A stretch of DNA of 64,000 bases, taken from NCBI RefSeq assembly GCF_009834535.1, contig NC_045696.1, positions 25,856,001-25,920,000 of the forward strand, written 5' to 3'. Under the pieces are notes generated by a model. That model did no database searches, had not been told where the DNA came from, and saw only the letters and a list, made by a program, of their open reading frames with translations. The translations under genes and the position numbers were made by a program. Within the stretch, counting starts at the first letter, position 1. Each line of letters opens with the position of its first letter. The stretch is from Camelus ferus. Lineage: Eukaryota. Of the stretch, positions 27,758-39,560 are shown one piece after another.

Positions 27758-28984
27758 CAGGAGGAAAAAAACACTCCTTGAGGACAGGGATCATTTCTTA
27801 CATGTTTTTATATGCACAGTTTCTAAACCAAAACTTTGAATACAGCAGATAATTGATAAGACATTTGTTAATGATAACACTGATCCATTGGGGAAAGTTG
27901 TCTTGAGCATAAGGAAGTGAAATGGGAGATGGAAACTGCACATAGAAAATGATATGAAAATAAAGTAAAAATAATATCTTTTATTTCTAAAATGCTTTTT
28001 CATTTAAACAATCCCAGATACCGTCTCATTTGTTACATGCATTAGTAACATCTGAATAATGAATTGCTTTCGATACAGAGGTACTTTCTAAAACCTGATA
28101 TGACATGCCGTGGGTGTTAACCTATCCAAACTAGAACCATATATTTAAAAGGCAGAACTAGGCTTGACAAGTTTTCTCAACAAACCTTGTGTGCCTGCTA
28201 ATGTTCTAGAAATAAGCACAAAGTCTAAAGCAGAGAATGCTGGCCTTACCTATGAACAAAGAAGCAACAGTGCAGCCCCACTTCTTTTTCCTCCTAAAAT
28301 TATGTTCCGCAAGTGAAATCTGATATTACTTTGGGCAAAAGTAGGGCACAAACAGAGCTATTACTTTAGAACAGACTCATTTTCAAGCAGAAATCCAAAT
28401 TGAAATGTCAGCTAATGCCAGTAGTAACAAAGTTTTGGCTACAAAACAATCAGTTTACGGACTTATTAACAGTTCATAAAATGTATGGCATTCTTCTGGT
28501 TTTTGTCACTGGTGAACATATGCTCTGAATTTGCAACAGACTGAAGCACCATCCCATAAACATTAAAAATATTTGTGAGCATCACAACGGAAATATCTCG
28601 AACCACAATAGAAACATGATTCTTATTCAAAGAGCAGCAGATCTTTTCAGATAGGACCAATGATGGATAATACTGCCAACACATGCAGAGGGGGTTTTGT
28701 TAGGGGATTTTTGAATAGGGATTTTCGAGGTTTCCAAATAGCAAAAGTTGTAACGTCTCCATTTCATATGCGTATGTTAAATACCAACCTGTTTCAGATG
28801 TATGATTCTGCTAGACCAGAATTTTGAATTGGCTAGTGGGCCAATATTCTTTATGTGTGGGCAAAGTTGTCCTGTTAAAAGCAGACTCAAAGGGTAATGT
28901 CATTATGAACATCTTTTGAATACTAAATGAGCTAATAGTTTTAGAACTATAAAATGACTTGTCTTTTTGCTCCCAAAATACTTG

Positions 28985-29176
28985 TACTTAATATATTTTG
29001 TTGCACATGTGTGAGTGATCATCTTCCTGTTTAGCCCATGAGCTACTCAGGGTTAGAGATCCTGTCTTCTTCTTTGTGTGTTCTCTCCATCTACTTAATT
29101 GATCCCCACAAGGAATCTAACACAATGTCTAGTCCAAAACTGAGCATGAGTAAGGTATTGTTTAAATGAATTAATG
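28985..29176 (+). mobile_element. L2 3' end fragment
   Basis: tgagctactcagggttagagatcctgtct ... tctaacacaatgtctag ... ttgtttaaatgaattaatg. Confidence 0.55.
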
Positions 29177-29754
29177 CATTTTCAAAGCTATTATATTGTT
29201 GAAAAGAATATGGTTAATATATTTGTAGAAATAGCCATCCTATTTTACTAATTATCATGCATAAATATAATTTTTTAAAGTGAATTTTACCTTCCAACAA
29301 CACTAACATAATGATTTCTAAATTGCTTAGCATTTAAATTAATGTTTTGTTTTATTTGTTCTTATATTACCACTTTCAACCTTTTGGAAAGACTGTTATA
29401 TTCCATATCGGGACTTGATGACAAATTAATTCTAAAGTTATTAATGTAATAAGTATTTACATTAATTCATGCATCAAATGTTTCTTTTTCTGAACATTTT
29501 GTCTTAAAACTTCATATCCTCACAATCTAATTCCTAAGAACTGTAGCTTTTATTAAAGACAAAAATTATTTTGATAATGCATTATTCTGTATTAAAATGA
29601 TTATCATATACTAACCTCTGTTTTACAAAGATAATTATTTGAAATTCTAAACCAGTGCTTTATTAACATAGCTCAGAAGATTCAAAAGTCCAATTAATAC
29701 AAGAAAAGATACTAGAAAAATAAGATAGTCATGATTCTACTTATAACACCACAG

Positions 29755-30385
29755 TGATGCAGGAAAACGGATGTGGGGCGTGAGGAGGGCTGAGTCCCAG
29801 GTCTCAGTTGAGTCCCTGGGACGTGCCCCGCCAAGTGTGGGTCCTTGGCTTCGTGCAGGAAAGAATTCAAGAGCGAGCCACAGTTGAGGAAAGGTAGATT
29901 TATTCAGAGAGATACATTGAAAGGCAAGAGAAAGGCCACGAGGTGTGTGTGGGTTGGGTGCTCAGATTAAAAGTAGGTACACACTCCATAGACAGAGTGC
30001 GGGCCGTCTCCGAATGGAGAGAGAGAGGGCGGCCATAAGGGGCAGTGTTGCCCATTTTTATGGGCTTTCATAGCTTCATATGCAAATAAGTGGAAGGACC
30101 AGTCTAAGTAGCCTGGGGAAGGGGCTGGGATTCCCAGGAAGTCGGCCATTTCCCACTCTTTGACCTTTTGCAGCTTGCCTTGGGACAGTCATGGTGCCTG
30201 TGGGCATGTTATTTATCATGCTGATATATTACAGTGGGCGTATAATGAAGCTCAAGGTCTACTCAAAGTTACATCTCCCACCATCTTGAGCCTAAAGGCC
30301 TACTGGGGGTTGAATCTTACACCATTTTGTTGTTAATTGCTGTAGCATTCCTTGAATGGCTGTGCCCTGCCCCCTTCCTGTCTCA
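29755..30385 (-). mobile_element. Young ERV1-class solo LTR (631 bp)
   Basis: TG...CA termini, 4-bp TSD ACAG (29751-29754 and 30386-30389), minus-strand AATAAA (tttatt near 29898), and many retained CpGs. Confidence 0.9.
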
Positions 30386-33300
30386 ACAGTAATACCTTTA
30401 GTTACAAGAAGACCTAACCAACAAATATAAGAATTCATTTAACCTTCGAAGCTTCTAGTCTTGTCTAAACTCTGGCAAAGGATTTCAATTTGGATTTTAG
30501 TTTTCAAGGATGTCTTTTCGTCTCAGTCTGTACATCCAAGCCATAGGTGATTATTAGTTTAGTTGTGGTTTATGTTACCTTTTTATGTTTTTCTTTTTGA
30601 TTTGACACATCCATGAAAGCCAAAGAAATAGTACAATAATATTTACTTAGTACAGGTCCAGAATACATATTAAAGGAGGAGGGAAATACCTACTTAAACA
30701 TTCATGTAAAATGACAAGATCAAAACCTTCTGACGACAGACCAGATGTCCAGACATACACTGTAACTAAAGTAGAAGAACAGAAATATCCCCTATGAAAC
30801 TTTTATATGGTAATACCACAAGGAAAAATGAAAGGAAAAAGCAAAGCTATCTCTTAAGTATATTGATTGTATTATTCTCTACTTTTTATCTCCCTACATG
30901 TAGTATCTTAATTTTTTCTCTACAAATCTGTGAATATGGTAGGTGCTTAAGAAATGTTCTTTGTTCTGTAGCATCTTTATAGCTCCTTAACGTGCTTGGA
31001 AGCAATAACTGCTATGAAATAAGAGTTAGCACATCACTTCTATAGATCCAGAAGCACCTCAATCCTATAATAATAACTGTTTCTATAGCTGGAGAAAAGA
31101 TAAGACCAAGAAATGTCCATATCCAGGAGTAATCCAGAGAGGCAATAAAATAAATTTCTTCCAGGGGAAAACTTTAATGATGTCACCTAACTCAGTGCAG
31201 TGAGGACAGTTGAGACAATACTTGTTAATTAGAAAATACTTTGTGCATACTAAACATTCAAGAAAAGGAACAATTATCGCCTTCAATCTTTGTTCCTTTT
31301 CAAGCCACTTCTTTACCCAATTGGACTGAATACAGGCGCAAGCTTTCTAGAAATAGATTCTTTAATCAGATCTAGTGGATATTTCCTGGAAAAGTTGTGA
31401 AATGTATCTTTCTTAGTCTAGAATTTATTTACTTGGCTGGTCTGCTAGTCACTCCTTATGAACCTGGCAGTCTCAGAATATACAGCCAAACCTAAAATGT
31501 GTTTTTATACAGAAATTCGTGGTCAATTTTCTAATTGTGTTTCAGTTGGCAAATCAGTTTAAAAAAAGAAAAAAGCTTTGAAAATTTGATTTAAATTCTT
31601 ATCTGTGTCAAAGACACTTAATTGTTAGTATGTTTATAGTAAATTCCTCTATAATAAACTCTGGGCACTTTAAAAATGTGCATCACAGAATTATTTTGTT
31701 GTCATGTTAAACTTTTTAGAAGTCAGCAGGATTTAATGCTATTGACATTAAATAAAATCTTCATAACTCTGTTGGTTGGCTTCTCCAATATAGGAAAAAA
31801 CTTTGTGGCTTGCAATTCTGCCAATGGTATGAAAAAACAAAAAAAGGTCTAAAGAAAATCCATAGGCAACAATGCTTTCAGCTCCTATTTCTTTGTTCCT
31901 TGCTGGCAACTGGTTGAATAATAGTTCAGAACTGAAAGTAGAAGAGATTGTAATTGAAGCTACACATACTTCCACATTTTACTCCCTCAGAAAATATGAA
32001 CCCCTGTTAGGTCAATCACTTGCCTGGAGCTATACAAAATCCATGAAATTTCTAATTTATCCAGCGAAGCAATCTCTACCAAATGTCTGAATTCAGTTGA
32101 AAGCTGCTTATCATCAAAGTTCTCATTCATGCATTTGGGACCAGGCTTATTATTGAGAGAACTGTGGTAGAGTCAGAAGAAAGCCCCATTAATAGGCTTT
32201 CTGCCTTTAGTAAAATGTTTTGGTGCCGATGTTTGTTTCTTTAGATATTTTGCAGATGATTATCTGAAGTAATACGATGGTGATGACATAAACTTTTCCT
32301 TTTATAGCCTCCATCTACCTCAGCATCTGTACCAGACTTCTCCCTGTAAATCCCTATCTCGTACATTTCAGAGGTAACATCCCCTCTAAGTTCCATGTCT
32401 TTTGCATAGGTTTCCCATCAACTACCACTTCCTTCCCACTGCCCAGGTGTTGTCCACCTCTATTCAATCAAATGGCCCCGCCATTGGGAAGCATTTCTTA
32501 ACCCCCGTGGCCAGTTGCTCTTCTTTGCTGCCTGGCAGTGCATTTTAAGTATCTGATAACATAGCTCCCTTCCAACCTCTTCAGGAGCTTTTTGAGAGCA
32601 GATCCTCTGTCTTCTTTACATTTGTTGTGACAACCTAGCATAGTTTCTAAAACAGATTTGACATTCCCTATTATACTATTAAGTGGCAATAGTGTACTAT
32701 TTGTTTGGCATACAATTCCTTATATTTATTATTTAATATATTTTGTGAGTAACATGGGCATTTGCTGTAAAGGTATCATTCATTCCTGATGATTTAATTT
32801 CATTTCTGGTTCAAAATGGACTTTATATTTTGATAATGTTGATGAGCCAGGTGGAAAGGGAAGAAGCTTTGATGAAGGCACTGGTATACATATATGTGCT
32901 CTGTGGGGACTAATAAACAGTGCACTTTCTATGGTAAAGGAAACAAAATAAGAGCAGCATAAATGACAGCAGAAGGCTGAAAGGAGACAAGACTAGCCAG
33001 TAATGGATCATCAGACTGCGGCTGTTTATTCTCTCGTGATAGTGGATTAGTCATGGTTTGTGTATATGAGTCTGAGGAACCTTGACCAAGAACGGGAATT
33101 TTGTCTCTGTAACTGTCCCACCCTCAGATTCTTAAAGATTATGCTCTGGAACAAGGCACAGTCATTTTTCTTCTAACTGGAGACTTGTTGGCACCAAAAC
33201 TTGACAGTCTTCACAAATATGCTGTCTTATTGTCTGTCCAAGAATTCGTTGATTTCTGAATTTTTATCTTTTTAATAAGTTGATTATTAAATACTTTCTT

Positions 33301-33483
33301 AGAGAATTTAATTTAGGGATAACCTTCAACTATACCTTATAGAGGAAAATCAGAATAGTTTTACTCGGGCTGTAAATATGTTTGCTTGCAAAATTTTCTC
33401 AGGCTCTTTTGACTGTTGGTCAATCTTTACCACATAAAGTGTGAGGACAGTCACTCTCTAGTCACCCAGATTATGAACAGTCT

Positions 33484-33891
33484 TGTTGCCAAAAAATCAG
33501 CCTCTGCACCCCAAAAAGCAAATTCAAACTTGGAGGCAGAGTTTTGGGAGCAAAGGAAAGAGCAGCTTTATTGCTTTGCATGGCAAAGGGAGTCACAGAA
33601 GGCTAATGCCTTAAAGACTGTGAGCCCGTCTTGAGGTTTTGTAGGAAAACTGGATGGAACAGAAATGGTGATAACAATCAGGGTGTTTTACTGGGTGCTA
33701 CATTCCTCTTAACCTCCATGAATCTTCAGGAGGAACTCCTGAGGGTCTGTCCATTCTTCTGAGATTATCAGCCTGTTATCTCCTTCCTGGAACATCGCCT
33801 CTGGGTTAAAGTTTTTTCTCAGGAAAATATGAATCAGCAAACAGTTTAGCAGCAGGGACCTCAGTTTGTTCGTTTGCTTTATATTCCTTCA
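33484..33891 (-). mobile_element. ERV1-class solo LTR (408 bp)
   Basis: TG...CA termini, 4-bp TSD GTCT (33480-33483 and 33892-33895), minus-strand AATAAA (ctttatt near 33566). Confidence 0.8.
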
Positions 33892-33905
33892 GTCTGGGCA
33901 GATTT

Positions 33906-36900
33906 TTAACAGTTATTACTAAAGATCATCTAAGAACATTTCTAGGCATTGAAGTTTAGTAATTAATAAAACAGACAAAAATCACTGCTTGTGATCTGTA
34001 AGGATATAAGTCTTAGAAATGCCTATTTTGGAAAATAATGACAACAGAATAGCTTAAATAACACAAACTGTAGGAATTCCCTCATGGTATCAGAGAAGAA
34101 CCAGTCGTGTCTCAGGCAACATGTCACGTCATGATGTCAGTGGTAGGTACTGACTGTCGGGTCCAGCAGTGGTTAAGGGAGCATGTCAGTTTAAAAAAGA
34201 AAAGATCATCAAAAACCAAGACGGCTGCCACCCACTCCAAAGAAAGTAAACTTGGAAGGCCAATTTCCATAATCAGTCATTCTGGCCATCCTTTAAATAT
34301 GTTAGGAAGCTCCTTTTAGATACGAATGAAGGCTGAGACCACTATGAGAATCAAAGGGTGATTACAAAAGTTTGTTCAGATGTTTTCCATTTTTGATGAT
34401 AACATCTCACCTTGAGGTCATAGGAAAGAAGTCTGTAGAAGAGCTTAGGTGTGCCATGGAGAGTCCATTATTAATGGAGACGGTCTCTTGTTCTGACTGT
34501 TATGCTGGTATGCTGTACCTATACCTTAAGATTCAAGCATTATCTAATCAGGACTATGTATGGAATTAATAAGAATATAGAAATCAAACCTAGACTCATG
34601 TGATAGATATACTGGCCAAATGTTAGTGGTGGAAATTTAATAATAAAATGTGTGTGTGTGGTGGGGTGAGGAGGGGGAGGTCAAGAAAGCTGTATAATTT
34701 AAAAATTTCCATGAAAAGTTCTGATATGCATCCAAGTTTGAGGAAAACAAAAGAAAAATAAAACACGCTATAGCAAAGTAAGACTTTTAAAGTCATTTAG
34801 GAAAATACCTGTGAAAGTTGCAAAAGGAAATCAGGAAGAAGGCCATGCGGTGTGATGGGGGAAGAAAAGAAACGAAATAATTTAGGTTTAGATAATCTGA
34901 ATTTTTCACTTAAATCCTAAGCTTAAGAGAATAAAAACTATAAAGGAGAAATAAAGAAGTTTCAACTAATATCATAAAAATTAACAAAGGTATATGTTAT
35001 AAAAATATGAAAAAATATAAATATAAAAAGGTAAGTATTAATAAGTAATCATTAAGTATAGTTAATCATTGCTCTAAGATATTTATTACTTTAAAAAAGT
35101 TCAAAAAGATAATCTGCTTAGGAACAATGAGGAAAATATTTGAAGGTTAAGTAAAAGGTCAAAAAAAACTTACACCTCAATCTACTAAAACTTTAAAACA
35201 ATAGCTGTATGAAAGATAGATATGAATTAATTCAAGATCCAAAAATAGAAACTGTACTTTCTTTAATTCACATGGAATGTTCTTATGAGAGAACAAAACT
35301 ATAGCCAATGGCTAGAAGAGCCAGGTTGATGAAAATGGGGATTGTTTCCTTCCAAATGAAACTTAAAAACCAGGGATAAGGAAATATATGTACTCTAACT
35401 CAAATCCATTGTTGAAAGATGTAATTTTATAACAGTTAATATTTTATATAATCATTTTATGGCACATGAATGTATTATTTTTAGGTAATAGTATTATGAA
35501 CAAAAAAACTCAATACACGTCCATGCTTTTTAAACTTTCATTAAAATTTTTTTTCTTCTGTTTTTTCCACCAAGTCTTGGTTGTATAAAATATCAAAATT
35601 ATGAACACTCATCTTCATACCATCCACCATGCCAACCACGTTTTTGAGACTACACCTTTGTCCATGTTTTGATAGTTTTCCTTTTAGTCTGTGTTCTCTG
35701 AATTTACTTACACATACAATTTACAGTTTATTTTAAAAATTTGGGATTTTACTAAAGATTTTATTCTGCAACTTGCTTTTTAAATAAAAGGTCTTCAAAA
35801 TATGTTCATGCTGGGACATGCAAATTTATTACTCTTTAAAGTAGCTTCATGGTATTCCATGCTGGGTATATATCATAATTTACCTTTTCTATACCTCTGT
35901 ATTTTAAGTTTGATCCAATTTTCTCTACTGCAAAATATCCCTCAGTATCTTTGTAGGCATACCTTTAAGCATATCTGTGATATATACATTTCTATAAGAC
36001 ACATTCCTAGAAGAGAAATCACTGGGTCTGAGCGTATACACCTTAATTTTTTTACAATTTTAGTCAATTCTAAAATTACTCTCCAAATGGGCTTTGCTAA
36101 TTACATTAGAATATTTACATTTACTACCTAAGAAATTATCCCAAACATTACTTTAGATGGATTTAAACATTTCATGAATTAATCCAATCTGATATATATT
36201 ATTACCAGAATATATGGTTTATGCTAAAATTCCATATTTTTAAAAATTTTCATATTGTAGCTCATTTTTTTTGCCCCCAATCAGGACACTGTCAGAAAGA
36301 TCAAGTCCAAGTCCCTGGTGCTTCTAGCACACTTTGTCAAAATTATAGCATCATTGTGTTTTAAGAATATTACTCTATGAACTTTTTCCTGAGGGGTAAA
36401 AATAGTAGGAAAGTTTGGTTTCTTGAACTTGCCATCTTAAACAACCAAAAATCCGAATTAAATTAAATATGGCCTTTGCACAATTGGTGTTACAAAAAAA
36501 AAAAAAAATCAACTGAGACTATAAATATAGAACACAGAGTAATATCTTTTTATTTGAGAACAAGTGTTCATATATAGAACTTGATTTTCTAAAGTGAAAT
36601 CAGTTGTAGCATCCATCTTTGAGTACTCTCATGGCTGCATGCATGTGTGTAACTGATGTACATTCCAAAGAGATTATAAAGGTGGTAAAAAGTACACAAT
36701 TTGTGACCAATTAGAAAGGTAAGGTGAGGGACAAACGAATGTCAATGCTAACTCCAAATTTCTTTCCTTTGTAAATTGGGAGAATGATGAGTTTACTGAT
36801 AGAGACACACAAAAAAGGAAAAAGAATATATTTGATTGAGATTTCAGCTCCTTTGTTTCCAAAAAGATGATGTATCTTATATGCAGATAACACAGTGCTT

Positions 36901-37108
36901 GTCTAAAAACAGTTGTTAACAGTTATTACCAAAGTCGAGCCAAGAAAATTTCTAGGCACTGAAGTTATAGTAATTAATGAAACAGATAAAATCTCTGCCA
37001 TGATCTCTAAGAATATAAACTGTAAGAAAACCTATTCTGGAAAGAAATGACTACAGAACAGCTTAAAAAACATAAACCATACAAAGTTACTCATGGTTTC
37101 AGAAAGAC
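33906..37108 (+). repeat. Local direct duplication, about 195 bp (33906-34099 and 36916-37108)
   Basis: Colinear similarity from ttaacagttattac to ctcatggtwtcaga, offset 3010 bp, roughly 75-80% identity by eye. Confidence 0.85.
35590..36115 (-). mobile_element. Degenerate L1ME-like fragment
   Basis: ttattctgcaacttgcttttt, ggtattccatg and cattcctagaagagaaatcactgggtc resemble antisense L1ME 3' sequence. Confidence 0.6.
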
Positions 37109-37304
37109 ATTTGTTGCTTTTAATTTTTCTATCTGTCAGATCTAAGCTAGAGATATAGAATTGGAGAACATCTGTTGAGATAGGGATATAAATATTAGAG
37201 TCTTGTTACAGATTTGTGTGAAATCATCCAGAAGGAAAAGAGAATGAAAACTAAACAGAAAATTTAAAGGGACCGATTGGGGAAATTCCACAAAAGTTGA
37301 GACT

Positions 37305-37400
37305 TTTTTTTTCTTGTTTTGTTCAGTACTTTATCCTTAGCACCTGGAAATACGCATAACACATGTAGAAATTTAATAAATATTTTCTAAGTGGATGTGT
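37305..37400 (+). mobile_element. L2 3' end fragment
   Basis: ttttgttcagtactttatccttagcacctggaa ... aataaatatttt. Confidence 0.55.
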
Positions 37401-38379
37401 AAACTATCGTTCACTTTTATCCTTTTCTTTGGATGTTAATCCACTAAAAAGTGATGATAAATACATTATAATAAAATCAGCAGTAAGGACACTAAAGCAT
37501 ATGGCTGTGTGATCAATTCCCTCACTCCAAGGAGGATAAATTAACACTTACTTCAAAGAAGTATGACTAAGCCAGGTAATTTGTTTAAAGGACCTGGATT
37601 AGAAACTGGTTCATAATAAACATGATAATGGTAGTTATTGCTGTTATTATTAATGTTAAACTGTGGACCAAGAATTCAGAATTAGTGAATATTTGTCCTC
37701 ACTCTACTGATAACTTTACTCAAATACTGAGAAATACTGATTTTTCCCTTTGAGTAAATCACCTTCAATCAAACTAACATTTAAAATTTAGGATAAACTT
37801 TTTAACAAAAAATTAAACCCAATTTTTAAACAATTAAAAATAAAACTCTAATCCAGAGATTTTTATATTCTTGGTAATTCTCATTTCTTCCTGCATAAGA
37901 ATTGTATTTAAATTATCAGGCTATTTCAGAAACTATGTTTAAATACAATATGATGGTATTCATATTGGTCTTCACAATTTGATTGTTGCTTTGCTAACAA
38001 ATCTAAAGTATAAAATCATTTTACAAAAAGATTTATTCTAAAAGTATATACCTTTACTAAACAATTACTAATAAAAAATTAATCTTATAACAAAATTAGA
38101 TCTCAGTTCACAGATCTATTCAGCTTTTAAGTTTAATTGGTATAAATTCAGAATCCAATTAATTTGATTACCATAAACTGTTTATGCAAGAATCATGAGA
38201 AAGCTCAGTGAAGAATCAGTTTTTAAGTTTGGTCCTAAGTTGTTTTCACTAAACTTGGTTGATTACAGAAATGGGAAATGAAGCAGTTTGATTATTCAAA
38301 ATTCATTTTATAAATAAATAAATAAAATTGAAATACCCACACAGGAATGACGTTCAATACATATGCAGAACCTGATCCT

Positions 38380-39070
38380 CCTCACTGTCTCCTCCTACAC
38401 CAGCACACACCACTATGATCCTTTGTGTAGACTACTGAAATAGTTTCCTGATTTCTGCTTCTCCTCTCAAAGTAAGAATAGCCAGAAGAAGCTTTTTAAA
38501 AGAAAAGTTAAATCACAACTTTCCTTCTTAAAACTTCCAAAGACATCTTTACTTTTATGATGAAAGAAATACTCTTCATGATAAACCACAATTCCCTGCA
38601 TGAGCAGACCACATCCTGCCACTTCCACCTCAACTCCCATCAGACTCCCCTATCTTACTATCTTCTTCTTGGCCCCTTGTTTTCTTCCTTGAATACACTA
38701 AGCTTGTTCCAGTCTCAGGACCTTTGCATCTGCTGTTTCTTCTTCCTAAGACATTCTTCTTCAAATTATCCCATAACTGGCTCCTCTCAGTTCTTGTGTA
38801 TTTCACAGAGACCTTCCCTGAACTCTTAGCTAAAACAGCACTGATACCCATGAGCCAGTCGCTCTTTATACTTCAAAATGCACTATTTTCTTTACAAAAC
38901 CTATAGCACCTAAAATTCCTTCTTTCTCTCTTTACCTGTTTACATAGAAAATGAAAACCCTATGAATATAAAAATATGGTGTGATTTGTTCACTATTGTA
39001 TCTTTAGTGCCTTGCATAGGCACTCATCCATAGTAGGTACTCAATAAATATTTGTCAGATCAATGAATGG
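38380..39070 (+). mobile_element. L2 (L2a-like) 3' region
   Basis: ctcaggacctttgcatctgctgtt, gagaccttccctga, ttgttcactattgtatc and the terminus tagtaggtactcaataaatatttgtcagatcaatgaatgg. Confidence 0.85.
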
Positions 39071-39135
39071 ATATTTTTACAAGCAAGTCAAAATAGGTAC
39101 ACGTGTTAGTAGCATCAGAAGGATTTGTTCTCTGC

Positions 39136-39560
39136 TGTGGGTATCTTCTTGCTTGCTCTTCAAGATCCATCACCACGCTCCCCCCTGTTCTGTGCCTTGG
39201 GAGTGACCCATTTGGACAACATCAACTGCTTGGCTTCTACTTGAGTTTGGCCACTTGGGACACTTGCAAGTGATTATAAAGCAGGGAGAGGTGAACTTGG
39301 GGATTTTTTTATCAGACTCCCTTCCTGCCACATTGACCTGAGTTGGCTGCATTCCTCTAGCCCTCTACCAGAGGGCACAATCTGGTCAGCTGGACATCTT
39401 CAACAGCTACCTTTTTCAGGCTTAGGGATGGTATAGCTCTTCCTTGTGACTAGACCAGGATAATTTTCCTTAAACTTTGCGTTTACTTTTGTAAACAGTT
39501 CCTTTATTAGACTCAAAATATCAGTGTGCCATCTGTTTCTTGCTAAAAACCTTATTTTGA
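39136..39560 (+). mobile_element. LTR33-like ERVL LTR
   Basis: gagtttggcca, gttggctgcattcctc, caggcttagggatggta, ttgtaaacagttcctttattag and gtgtgccatctgtttc occur in the order recalled for LTR33. Confidence 0.75.
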
